In this document: piece after piece, positions 30,062 through 39,672 of the stretch
Position numbering within the stretch: the first letter of the stretch is position 1
How the letters are laid out: every line of letters starts with the position of its first letter
From: Ignavibacteria bacterium
Lineage (GTDB): Bacteria > Elusimicrobiota > Endomicrobiia > PHAN01
NCBI GenBank assembly: GCA_041694835.1
Contig: JBGFRZ010000032.1
Location: forward strand, 57-64,056
DNA: 64,000 nucleotides
Direction: 5' to 3'
Position numbers and translations under genes: made by a program
The notes under the pieces: model-generated
Seen by the model: only the letters and a program-made list of their open reading frames with translations
Told to the model about the DNA's origin: nothing
Databases searched by the model: none

Positions 30062-31507
30062 TCATTTTGCCAGTTCTGTTTTTGCTTCCGAAATATCCAC
30101 TCCGGTATTTTCATATTTTCTGATTATCCTTCTTAAGATATCTTTTTTTTCTCTTTCCGAAATACCGCGGTCCTTCAGTTGATAATAATATCGCATTGAA
30201 GTGTCGAACTCAATCTTTCTGTTGTCGATATCGGATTTTGCCGTAGAAATTCTCGGCGCTTTCTTTTCAACCGAAATTTCACGAGGCGGAATATATTCCA
30301 CAGCCGGCGACCTTTCCGCTTTCGGTTCTTCCTTTTCTTTTTCAGACGCAAGTAGTGATTCTAGTTCTTTCTTTAATCTGTCTTTCTCGTTCTCCAACCT
30401 CTCTACTTCTTTCAGGAGTTTTTCATTCTGGGACTTTTCCGTGAACAATTTTTCACTCAACTCTTTTAGTTTTTTGCTTTCGGGCGGTTTTCCGAATCTC
30501 ATATTAAGTGAAATCCTCTGAATGTCTCCGGAGTTCTTTATCCCAACCAAAGGGAATATATAAGAATAATTGAATCCAAACCATTTGAGTGAATGGCCGA
30601 AACCGACAGCAAACCTTCTCAGTTCCCTGCTTCCAAATGTCATGCCGCATCTTATGGCCGTTGCTCCATATTCTCCGAAATCAAAATGCCTTTCAGCCCC
30701 GAATGAAAACACATAGTCTAAGATGTTATTCGAGTACTCCTGAGCTGAAAAATCAGCGGAGAGATTTATCAGGGTCGTGTTCATTGCAAAGCCAATCGTT
30801 GATTTCATTTTTTTCGTGTCACCCGAGTTTTCAAACGACATATCCGGCTGATTGATGTCCTTGATAGAGAGCCCGATTTTGTAGTTTTCAGAGATGTTAT
30901 ACAAGATACCGGCATCCAGAGAGAAGAGCGTCTTCGACTTCCCAGTGAGATGGTCGGTTATGCCCCGTTTTGCTTTGCCAGTTTCATCCACGGAATTAAA
31001 GGAATAATCATCGGTTCCGATAGATTTTCTTAAAATTTTAGCAGTCAATCCGAAAACAATTTTTTTATATATTCCCGAGAGTGAAAAAGCGTAAGTCTCA
31101 TCCTTGTAGAACTCTCCGCCCAATAAAAAATATCCGAAAGCTGGCACATAACCCTTGTAAGGCAGCCCCGCCGCCAAATATACTTCCGACAATTTAGAGC
31201 CATCGGTTAATTTTGGATAAAGCGTTGTATAGGATGTGAATATCTCCGATGTTTTTATATTGTAAAGGCCGGCCGGGTTGTAGAAAATCGACTCGATGTC
31301 ATCCCCTGAAGCAACATAAGTCCCGCATACCCCGGAAGATCGGGAAGCATAAAGACAGGGGATAGTGAATAGCGAATAGCATATAGCGAATAGAGAATAG
31401 AGAATAGAGAATAGAGGATAGAGATTAGAGGTTAGGAAATGGAAATTATTACTCCTCTCCCTATCCGCTCGTCTATCTTCTCTCATCTCCGACCTCTGTC
31501 CTCTCAT
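30062..31507 (-). CDS. Putative outer-membrane beta-barrel protein (NPAGL-type N-terminal motif) with a C-terminal charged coiled-coil extension; start codon uncertain
   Basis: IFYNPAGL motif; beta-barrel-like middle; about 150-aa K/E-rich C-terminus. The first 50 or so codons are read through repeat element C and there is no in-frame ATG or GTG after the repeat. Confidence 0.45.
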   Translation of the reverse strand: MRGQRSEMREDRRADRERSNNFHFLTSNLYPLFSILYSLFAICYSLFTIPCLYASRSSGVCGTYVASGDDIESIFYNPAGLYNIKTSEIFTSYTTLYPKLTDGSKLSEVYLAAGLPYKGYVPAFGYFLLGGEFYKDETYAFSLSGIYKKIVFGLTAKILRKSIGTDDYSFNSVDETGKAKRGITDHLTGKSKTLFSLDAGILYNISENYKIGLSIKDINQPDMSFENSGDTKKMKSTIGFAMNTTLINLSADFSAQEYSNNILDYVFSFGAERHFDFGEYGATAIRCGMTFGSRELRRFAVGFGHSLKWFGFNYSYIFPLVGIKNSGDIQRISLNMRFGKPPESKKLKELSEKLFTEKSQNEKLLKEVERLENEKDRLKKELESLLASEKEKEEPKAERSPAVEYIPPREISVEKKAPRISTAKSDIDNRKIEFDTSMRYYYQLKDRGISEREKKDILRRIIRKYENTGVDISEAKTELAK

Positions 31508-31520
31508 CTCTGACCTCTCA
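31359..31520. repeat. Low-complexity purine/pyrimidine dyad element C
   Basis: GATAGTGAATAGCGAATAGCATATAGCGAATAGAGAATAGAG...GAGGTTAGGAAATGGAAATT...CTCTCATCTCCGACCTCTGTCCTCTCATCTCTGACCTCTCA. Confidence 0.7.
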
Positions 31521-31535
31521 CATTAGTACCCTCTT

Positions 31536-34500
31536 TCATCTTGATACCGTCACAGTTCCGTTTATTACTTTGTCGTCGGATTCAATCTGATAGATATAAA
31601 TTCCCGAGGGCACTTTGTTTCCGAATTCGTCGTCGCCATCCCACCTTAAAGATGTTTCACGGTTTGGTCCCCTTTTATTCAGTTTTTTGACAAACCGCCC
31701 CATTTTGTCGAATATAAATCCGACGACTCTTTCTTCAATTCCCGGCGGGCCGTCAAAATTTATAATCAAAAAATCATTTTTATTGTCGCCGTTCGGGGTT
31801 ATTATTTTCGGATAAACGTCATCTTTTCCTACCGAGAATGTTGAGCGATTCGTTAGTTTTAGTTGAAATTTTCCCAGAACTGACGCTGCCACTGAAATCG
31901 TCTTGTTGAATCTGTCGACGGCACCACCGAATCTGATCCATCTCACTCCGTTGAACCAGTAAACGGCATACTCGCTTTCATAAGAACCCGGGGACATCAC
32001 CGCAGAACCCCTGTCAAAGTAAGTAAACGATATATTGAAAGTTTGTTCTTTTGGAACATTTTTTTCTTTATTTGATTTTATATCCCGAAGTGCTACAACA
32101 AAAGATTTTACCACGCGGCCGATTTTTTCCTCAGGCACTTCTGTAATCCTGAGCACTGAGTTCTCAGGCAAAATGGCCGATGTCTCAACAAACAAGTCTT
32201 TATTGTCGCTCATTACTATTATAACCGGCGCAGTCTTCGATGCCACTATTGCCGACGGCAGGCTTTCGTTTGAATATATATCCACAGCCTTTATCGTGTA
32301 ATAATAAACGTTTTTTTTTGTGTCTTGAGAAAATTCGTTCGACTTTAACGGAAGCATCGTTATTTTTTCGTATATCCCATCCATCGAAGTGCTCCTGTAA
32401 ACAAGATAACCGTCGATGTCGTAAATCGGGCTCAGGTCCTCGTTGTATTTAACTTCATCCCAAAATATTTGAAAAATCCCGCCCGAAAAACTCCCGCGAA
32501 CTCCGGTGGGAGCAAGTGGGGGCATTTTATCGACGACCTTATCGGTCATAACGTTGACAATATCAGTAGGGGCGGTTATTATTCCGTCGCCATTGAAGCC
32601 ATATAGACGGTAGTAGTATGTGGTGGAATGGCTCAAATTTCCATCGGTATAAGTTGAAGAAGAACCAGATATATTGTCGCTTACAACTGAAAAAAATAAG
32701 CCGTCAAGGGATCTCTCGAGTCTAAACTTGCTGGAGCCGCCCGTCGGAGATTGCCAGGAGAGCGTAATTGAATTTTTTGTTTTGGCTATACTCCCCAAAT
32801 TTCCGGGCGGATTGGCCAGGGTGTATTTTGAAACTACCGATGAACCGAATGAAACGCCGCTTGCATTCCCCGCTTTGATATATCTTGAATATTGTGTATT
32901 GGGTTCTAAACCGATTTCGTTCCAAGATATTGTTTCGTTTCCTTCAAGATTTTTCAACAGATGATTATCACCGGCTCTATAAATCTGATAATATGTCGCA
33001 GATGATGTTATCTCCCATGTCCAGTTGATCGCCACCGTGCTAACGGCTACCCCGCGAAAACCCAACGGCTCTGAAGGAATTGCCGGAAGTGTGATAGTTG
33101 AGATTGTTGTATCATATATCGTGGGTATACCCTCGCTATTGAACGCCTGAACCTTGTAGTAATATGTAGTCGCAGGCTCTAACCCTGCCGAGTCAGTAAA
33201 TGTTGTGCCCGTTTGGTTGTTTGCAAATGAGCTCAAGGTAAAGGTAGAGGTGAAGAAGTTATTCGTTGAGCGCAATACTCCCCATCTGGTTGATGCCGGA
33301 TTTCCGTTATTGCTCCATGTGATTTCTATTGAATGTGAAGTCCTCTTTAAAACATAACTATCAACGGGTGGCATCGCCATGGTATATCTTGAAGCGACGT
33401 TGGATGAAGATATTGATACGCTATTATATGCCGCCACATACCTGCTATAATTAGTATTAGCGGAAAAATTAGTTTCAAGCCAGATCGTCGTTCCGTGCGG
33501 CAACTCTGATAGCAATGCGTTTGTGGAACTAAATATCCTGAAACCATCTTCGTCAGGGGAGTTGTCTTTCCATGACCATAAAATCGAACCTGTCGACAAA
33601 ACCATGCCGCTAAACTCCGAAGGAGCGGATGGAACTCCGATGGGGCGGGTTGAAACGACGGAGGAAAAGGCACTTATAAAAATCTGCGGTGGAGCATCGT
33701 AAGAGTTCATCTTGTAAAAATATGTCGTTCCGTTGGTGACAGAGGTATCAACATAAGTATTGCTACGCGTAGTTCCTATAAGGGAATAGGTATTTCCGTC
33801 GGTTGAACGGTGAATTTCGTAGTAATCGAAGTCAAGATAACCGAGCTGCCCGAGCATATCATTCCAAAAAAGCTCAACCAACCCGCTTGAAGCCACTGAT
33901 TTGAGCCCGGTTGGAGGAGCGGGAACAATATCAAGGGCATAGCTGAACGCCTGTGTGAGCGACACAGTCGGCTCATCGATGGGAGAGATATTTCCGTCGG
34001 CGTCTTTTGATTTAATTGAAAAATAATATGTTGAAGAAGGGAAAAGACCGGAAATTCCGGTAATCTCTTCGGAGCCTGGAGATTGGGGGGACGGTGTATT
34101 ATTAAGCGAAGTGGCGACACTCCACCATGCAGTGGTATCTCCCAAAAGTGAGTTTATGGAAAACGTGGCGTATTTTATGATGTACTCTGAAACTTTCTTG
34201 TTCTGAGGAATATCTCCGGGGGCAATCCATGAGAGTTTGATCTCCCCTTCGCTCGCCCCTGTTACAGCAACAATGGATGTAACCGCTCTCGGCGGATAAA
34301 TATCCGCGATATAGTGTGAATTTTCATCCGACCATACGCTCTTCAACAAGCCCGAATCTATTGAAGCAACTGAAAAATAATATGTCGTTCTTATGGCAAG
34401 TTTTTTTATCAATATACTGTTAGTCGTGCCGATTCTTTTGGGCCTCGGATAGTTTCCCGAAAACGGTGTCGCCCATTGCGGACTCACGACATAACTTGAA

Positions 34501-36581
34501 GGGTTTATGCTGAAGGGGGCCGTCGCCATCCTGACAAGATAGTTGAGTGACTGCTGAGGTGTTTTATCATCGGAACCGTCTTGAAAAGATATGACCAGAT
34601 TTTCGTCGATATATTCTGCGATTGGCCCTGGCGGAGCTGATGGCGCAGCGTTGATTTTACCTGAATCTCTGTATGTGTTTTTGTAAATTCTTATCAAATT
34701 CGAAATGCCCGAAGACGGCGACCCCGAAACGACGAGATCCAGATCCCCATCGTTGTCTATGTCGCCGAAAACGACCGATGAGAGCTGGAGACCGAGATTC
34801 TGACCAAGAATCTCCTGGTCGGAATAAAACGTTCCGGAAGAATTCTTAAACAATATAAATCTCAAAAGACCGTTATTGTCCCTCCCTGTCACAACAATAT
34901 CCGGCCATCCGTCGGTGTTGTAATCGCCGAAGGCAAGCGAGCTATTGTCAACACCTGCAGCCAAACCCATTGGCTCCTGGTCGAGGCTAAAAACACCGTT
35001 TGTATTCTTAAAAAGAATAAGCCGTCTACCAGATGCTGTTCCATCAATTGTTCCGCTTACCGCTATATCCAGATCGCCGTCGAGGTCGTAGTCGCAAAAA
35101 GCCACAGAGCCGTTCTCAAGACCGATATTGACACCTAAGGGTTCTTGGTCGATTAAAAAAGTTCCGGAAGAATTCCTAAATAAAATGAATCTCCTGTTGC
35201 CTGTCGTATCTCTGCCTATGGCAGCAAGGTCAACCCATCCATCTTTGTTGTAGTCGCCGACGGACAGTGCCGAGTTGGAAAGCCCTGTCAAATCAAAACG
35301 CATCGTAAAACTTGAATTGTTGTTCTCATACACCCTTAAGTATCTGTTGTTGGGCAAACTACCAGGTCCGATGCCGCTTACGACAATGTCGTTGTCACCG
35401 TCATTGTCGAAATCCATCAAAACAACACACCCCATGACAAATCCGTCGGCGGAACCCATTGGTTCGCTGTCCAGAACAAACGGTGGAGTGCCGGAGGTGT
35501 TTCTGTAAACAAAAAATCTCCTGGTTGAGCCGTCAGGTGAACCGACCGCGATCTTGTCATCTTTACCGTCGGAATTTATGTCGCCGAAATAGAGGGAACT
35601 AGCCTGAAGGCCGACGGGAAATTCCTGCCACAACGAAAAATTTCCGACAGAATTTCTGTATATAACGTTTTTTCTGCTCACACCATCAAAGCCGCTGACA
35701 GCCAAATCTATGTAGCCGTCTGTGTCTATATCCGAAAAAGAAAAGCCGTTTTCGCTCGACAAAACATCACGAAGCCCCTCGAATGTTTGTGAGAGAAAAA
35801 AAGACGACGATACTGCAGTCGCCGTAGATGACCAGTTTGACTGGTTAGAGTTTTCGTCGAATGCAGATATCCATATATAGTGGGTGGCCGACGGGAGGAG
35901 CGAGGTGAGCATGAAGACATGGCTTGTGGCTGGTGAAAAATTCGATGATATAGAGATTTGATAAGTCGCTGTTTGCGGTGTGTCGGAAGGATTCGTTGAA
36001 TATCTTATTAAAAATCCGCCGCCGACTACCGAGCCGTTGTAAACATCATCGCCGGGAGCCGTCCATGTAAGTAAAATCTGGGCGGACAGCGTCGCCGAAA
36101 GATTCGTGATCTGCCCGGGAGGCAGTAAATCCCTCTGCGCCCAAGATGTAGCGGCATTAGAGATTGGAGAAAAGTTGGCAGGCGGAGATGATGTCCAAAT
36201 TCTGAAAAAGTATGTCGCCCCGCCGGTCAAACCGGTTATTGTGTGGCTTTGCGGCGCGCCGGAATTAACATTTGATGTGGATATTCTTATTTGCGCCGAA
36301 GCGGTTGACCAAACAACGTCGGAATCCTGCGAATGCTGTATGAAATATGTCGAACCAACAGGGAGGGAAGATGGACCGGGATACATCCATCCCAACACAA
36401 CCCCGCCTTCGGACTGCCCCCGGGTGGCGTTTAGATTTGTAACGGGGGACGGCTGGGCCGAAAGATAAAAAGGCCCCGCTATTAAAAAAAAGACAATTAG
36501 CGCTCCGTGACAAAAATAAAAAGCCCCCGCAAACCCGCGGTGGCTTGTAGATAAATGACTGACAAAATTAATTTTTATCAT
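31536..36581 (-). CDS. Large (1681-aa) secreted FG-GAP/fibronectin-III repeat protein with a T9SS type-B (CHU_C / gliding-motility-associated) C-terminal sorting domain
   Basis: At least six DxDxDGxxD FG-GAP calcium-binding repeats (e.g. FGDINSDGKDDKIAVG, GDIDNDGDLDLVVSG); Fn3-like segments; C-terminus ITPNGDNKNDFLIINF...LRWDGDDEFGNKVPSGIYIYQI typical of type-B sorting domains. Confidence 0.75.
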   Translation of the reverse strand: MIKINFVSHLSTSHRGFAGAFYFCHGALIVFFLIAGPFYLSAQPSPVTNLNATRGQSEGGVVLGWMYPGPSSLPVGSTYFIQHSQDSDVVWSTASAQIRISTSNVNSGAPQSHTITGLTGGATYFFRIWTSSPPANFSPISNAATSWAQRDLLPPGQITNLSATLSAQILLTWTAPGDDVYNGSVVGGGFLIRYSTNPSDTPQTATYQISISSNFSPATSHVFMLTSLLPSATHYIWISAFDENSNQSNWSSTATAVSSSFFLSQTFEGLRDVLSSENGFSFSDIDTDGYIDLAVSGFDGVSRKNVIYRNSVGNFSLWQEFPVGLQASSLYFGDINSDGKDDKIAVGSPDGSTRRFFVYRNTSGTPPFVLDSEPMGSADGFVMGCVVLMDFDNDGDNDIVVSGIGPGSLPNNRYLRVYENNNSSFTMRFDLTGLSNSALSVGDYNKDGWVDLAAIGRDTTGNRRFILFRNSSGTFLIDQEPLGVNIGLENGSVAFCDYDLDGDLDIAVSGTIDGTASGRRLILFKNTNGVFSLDQEPMGLAAGVDNSSLAFGDYNTDGWPDIVVTGRDNNGLLRFILFKNSSGTFYSDQEILGQNLGLQLSSVVFGDIDNDGDLDLVVSGSPSSGISNLIRIYKNTYRDSGKINAAPSAPPGPIAEYIDENLVISFQDGSDDKTPQQSLNYLVRMATAPFSINPSSYVVSPQWATPFSGNYPRPKRIGTTNSILIKKLAIRTTYYFSVASIDSGLLKSVWSDENSHYIADIYPPRAVTSIVAVTGASEGEIKLSWIAPGDIPQNKKVSEYIIKYATFSINSLLGDTTAWWSVATSLNNTPSPQSPGSEEITGISGLFPSSTYYFSIKSKDADGNISPIDEPTVSLTQAFSYALDIVPAPPTGLKSVASSGLVELFWNDMLGQLGYLDFDYYEIHRSTDGNTYSLIGTTRSNTYVDTSVTNGTTYFYKMNSYDAPPQIFISAFSSVVSTRPIGVPSAPSEFSGMVLSTGSILWSWKDNSPDEDGFRIFSSTNALLSELPHGTTIWLETNFSANTNYSRYVAAYNSVSISSSNVASRYTMAMPPVDSYVLKRTSHSIEITWSNNGNPASTRWGVLRSTNNFFTSTFTLSSFANNQTGTTFTDSAGLEPATTYYYKVQAFNSEGIPTIYDTTISTITLPAIPSEPLGFRGVAVSTVAINWTWEITSSATYYQIYRAGDNHLLKNLEGNETISWNEIGLEPNTQYSRYIKAGNASGVSFGSSVVSKYTLANPPGNLGSIAKTKNSITLSWQSPTGGSSKFRLERSLDGLFFSVVSDNISGSSSTYTDGNLSHSTTYYYRLYGFNGDGIITAPTDIVNVMTDKVVDKMPPLAPTGVRGSFSGGIFQIFWDEVKYNEDLSPIYDIDGYLVYRSTSMDGIYEKITMLPLKSNEFSQDTKKNVYYYTIKAVDIYSNESLPSAIVASKTAPVIIVMSDNKDLFVETSAILPENSVLRITEVPEEKIGRVVKSFVVALRDIKSNKEKNVPKEQTFNISFTYFDRGSAVMSPGSYESEYAVYWFNGVRWIRFGGAVDRFNKTISVAASVLGKFQLKLTNRSTFSVGKDDVYPKIITPNGDNKNDFLIINFDGPPGIEERVVGFIFDKMGRFVKKLNKRGPNRETSLRWDGDDEFGNKVPSGIYIYQIESDDKVINGTVTVSR

Positions 36582-36758
36582 TGTTTCGGTAGCCCAGCCG
36601 GCATCCGTTCAAACCCGAACCCCGTCGCCTTTCAACGACGGATTGTCCCATAACGCGGGATTTAGCCCTGTTGGCTTTGCGTCCCCCGGTTTCCCGGCAT
36701 CCCGACACAAAATCGGAACGTTCCCATATGACCAGCAGGGAAGGTTTGCCTTTGTCGC

Positions 36759-36946
36759 TATAATGAGATTATTGAAAAACCCATCTTTTTCACTTAAAGG
36801 GCAGTTTCTTAACGGTTAAAAGTTTCAATCAGACCGCAAAACTCCTCGCTTTGCTCGTCAGACATTGCGGTCTAAACGATTTCAACTTTTAACCTGAAAC
36901 TGCCAAATCGTTCAAAAGATTAAGGTTTTTCAACGAGCTCATAATA
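36759..36946. mobile_element. Roughly 190-bp imperfect-palindrome element, copy 2
   Basis: Differs from copy 1 at only a few positions; terminal repeats TATAATGAGATTATTGAAAAACC ... GGTTTTTCAACGAGCTCATAATA. Confidence 0.65.
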
Positions 36947-36996
36947 CAATATATATAGTGAAAATAATTTTGTTTGTCAAGGTTTTTTTCAAAACT

Positions 36997-39672
36997 TTAG
37001 ACAACGCATATATTGGAATAAGGACAGTTCCTGCAGTAAAGCTCGTCATCGCTATCCCTTTCAAACGGAGTTTTGGGGTCAAATATCCCGGAAATCAACG
37101 CTTTTAGCGAAGGTAAAAATATGCCGTTCATGGCATCGGCCGCGTTATTCTTGAAAATGCTCACCTCTTCTATCTCCCTTATCGAATAAAACTCCGCATT
37201 TATCCTCTCCAAAGGAAGTCGTGGGTTTTCTCGCCAGAAAAGAAAGACATAAACGGGCAGTTGGAAAGATTTTATTTTTTTTCTCATGGTTTTTCTGTCG
37301 TTTATCGCGCCATCCAGGTTTTTTAGCGGAGTTTTAAACTCCCCGCTCTTATAATCAACTATGAAAAAATCGTCACATCTTCTATCGAGCCTGTCAGCCC
37401 GTCCCTTTAACCTGACAAAGGTTTCTCCTTCCAACTCAAGCCTTGAACGCAGTTTAACTTCAGTCGCGATAATCTCGCAATCTCTCCTGTTTTTTTCAAA
37501 ATCAAAAAAACTCAAAAGTTTGTTCTTGACAATATCTCTCAACAGATAGATTTCTCCGCGGATTTCGCCGAAATCGTTTTTTAGATGAAAATCCATTAGT
37601 TCCAGAAGACGATTTTTATCTTCATCCGAAAGATTTAGTTTTTTTCCGACAAAAGGTCTGAAAAATTCATCCAAAATTGAATGAAGGCATCTTCCTATGC
37701 GGCTTGCGTCCGGATCCCGTTGGACGTCCTCCCTTTCCTTGAAGTTGAGCAAGGATGAAAAATAAAACCTGGCGGGACAGTTCAGGTAAACGTCTATCGC
37801 AGTGGGCGAAAGTTCTATATCCGACAATAATCTCATTGTGTTTTCGGATTTCCCGAGCGACGCACTTCTTTTTTCGTCGGCGTCTATGCGGAAAAAAACC
37901 GGAGAAACTTCCGACTCTTCGGATTCGACCGATTTTGAGTTCATCTGTTTTTCCCAGATTATCTCTTCAATGTATCTGCTTCTGGTATCTTTGCTGTGTT
38001 CACTGTATATCAGATGAACTTCCCTGGCCGAATTTACGAGATTCATGAAATTTTTTCTGAACACTTTCTCCCTCTCCCTGTAAGTCGGAAGTCCAAGATG
38101 CATTCTTGTAGCCGGAGGCAGAATCGGATCGTGTTTCGAAATGTTCGGAACTATTCTTTCATTTACGTCCAAAACTATGACTTTATCAAAACTTAGGTTT
38201 CGAATCTCAAGCATCCCAAGTATCTGAAGCCCGCCCAGAGGCGTGCCCGAGAAGGGTATTGTTTCAGTCGATATGAAATATCTGAAAAGCTCGAAAAGAG
38301 ATGGCGGTTCCATGGCTTTATCAGAAAACATTGTTTTCTTCATTTTCTCAAAGAGCTCAAAAAATTTTTTAGTATATTGCGCGCCGAAGGGCTGGGTCTT
38401 AAGCAGAGATTCTGTTATAATAAATTTTAAGATATTTGCGAATTTTACAGCCAACTCGCGAAATGTGCGAATTTCCTCCGACGAAATCGTCAATTCCTTG
38501 TGGAGCCCACTTAAAAGAACGCTTTGACCCAAAATACTTTCTATTTCATCTAGCGAGCAAAAGGCCTTGTTCACGCGAGACGATATCATATCTTCCACTT
38601 CTTCCGTCCTGATGGGCAGAGCGGAAAGTATGTTTTTTACATATGGGTGAAAAATGACGGAAAGGTAGTCTCGCATGTAATATTCGTTGCCGACGCGGGA
38701 CTCTTCAAGTCTGATTATTGTCTCAAGAAACGTGTAAACGGGTGTCCTGACGAGAGGATAACCCATGGTGACGTTGTAGTCCACCTCCAATTTGCCCACA
38801 ACCTCGGATAAAAGAGGAATCAGAGCATCCGACTGCGGCAAAATAACGGCTGTCCGGTCGGGGTCGAAATCTTCCGATAAAATCTCTCCAACCTTTCTTA
38901 CTTGCGAATGGGTGTCAAAAGCCGAATATATAAACACCCCTTCCGTTTTCCATTTATTCCCGGAGTTTCTTACAACCGTTATTGTGTTCTTTAACGAACG
39001 GAGCTTGTTCAGAATTTTTTGCTCAAGCCTCAATGGTTCGAATATGCCGCAAAGATAAATTGATTTGTAATCTTTCAGGTGCTCTTCGGATATATTTTCC
39101 GAGACAACTTTAAAATTCAAAGCCGCCGTGGTCAAATTTCTATTCCTGAGCTCTTTGCGGAAAGCATCTCTTATTTCGCCAAGATTCGCAAGTATGTTGA
39201 GGAGTTTCGGGGGTATATTTTCGGAATGCAGAGACTTCAGGCTATCGTTCTCAACGTCACAGATATCTATTTCATCGATGACATTGAAGATTCTTAGTCC
39301 CCACATATAAAAACCGCTGAAGTTGCCGGAAAACGATTTTATCTTAAGCTTGTTTATGACCTCGAAAAGAAGCCACACCTTATCAAGCTCTTCTATAATC
39401 CCAACGCCGGGATTTATTTTTTGCGATATATAGTTTACAAATCCACTTATAGAAAAAACGGCGGGTGGCAGAAACGGCCCGTTCAGTTTTTCGCTTAAAT
39501 ACTTTATGAAATAATGCGAAGGTCTTTTATTCGGAAAGATCGCCACGATGCCGGACAAATCATTCCCCCCATCGTTCTTCATGATATGATCGGCAATTTT
39601 TTCTATGATGTTTTCGTTTTGCGACAATTTGATTATCATAAAATGTCGGTTCTTGAAACTTTCAAGCGGCAC
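36997..39672 (-). CDS. AddB/RexB-like PD-(D/E)XK nuclease with an inactivated N-terminal helicase-like domain and a C-terminal Fe-S (Cys4) RecB-family nuclease
   Basis: C-terminal nuclease motifs GRADRLD, IVDYKSG, QLPVY and Cys ligands CP...CRNCPYSNIC; no intact Walker A at the N-terminus (GIVAIFPNKRPSHYF). Confidence 0.65.
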   Translation of the reverse strand: MPLESFKNRHFMIIKLSQNENIIEKIADHIMKNDGGNDLSGIVAIFPNKRPSHYFIKYLSEKLNGPFLPPAVFSISGFVNYISQKINPGVGIIEELDKVWLLFEVINKLKIKSFSGNFSGFYMWGLRIFNVIDEIDICDVENDSLKSLHSENIPPKLLNILANLGEIRDAFRKELRNRNLTTAALNFKVVSENISEEHLKDYKSIYLCGIFEPLRLEQKILNKLRSLKNTITVVRNSGNKWKTEGVFIYSAFDTHSQVRKVGEILSEDFDPDRTAVILPQSDALIPLLSEVVGKLEVDYNVTMGYPLVRTPVYTFLETIIRLEESRVGNEYYMRDYLSVIFHPYVKNILSALPIRTEEVEDMISSRVNKAFCSLDEIESILGQSVLLSGLHKELTISSEEIRTFRELAVKFANILKFIITESLLKTQPFGAQYTKKFFELFEKMKKTMFSDKAMEPPSLFELFRYFISTETIPFSGTPLGGLQILGMLEIRNLSFDKVIVLDVNERIVPNISKHDPILPPATRMHLGLPTYREREKVFRKNFMNLVNSAREVHLIYSEHSKDTRSRYIEEIIWEKQMNSKSVESEESEVSPVFFRIDADEKRSASLGKSENTMRLLSDIELSPTAIDVYLNCPARFYFSSLLNFKEREDVQRDPDASRIGRCLHSILDEFFRPFVGKKLNLSDEDKNRLLELMDFHLKNDFGEIRGEIYLLRDIVKNKLLSFFDFEKNRRDCEIIATEVKLRSRLELEGETFVRLKGRADRLDRRCDDFFIVDYKSGEFKTPLKNLDGAINDRKTMRKKIKSFQLPVYVFLFWRENPRLPLERINAEFYSIREIEEVSIFKNNAADAMNGIFLPSLKALISGIFDPKTPFERDSDDELYCRNCPYSNICVV

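Noticed and set aside
36590-36756. tRNA-like or terminator hairpin CCGTCGCCTTTCAACGACGG upstream of the FG-GAP gene
   Set aside because: No cloverleaf could be built. The hairpin is not followed by a U-tract on the transcribed strand. Left unannotated.
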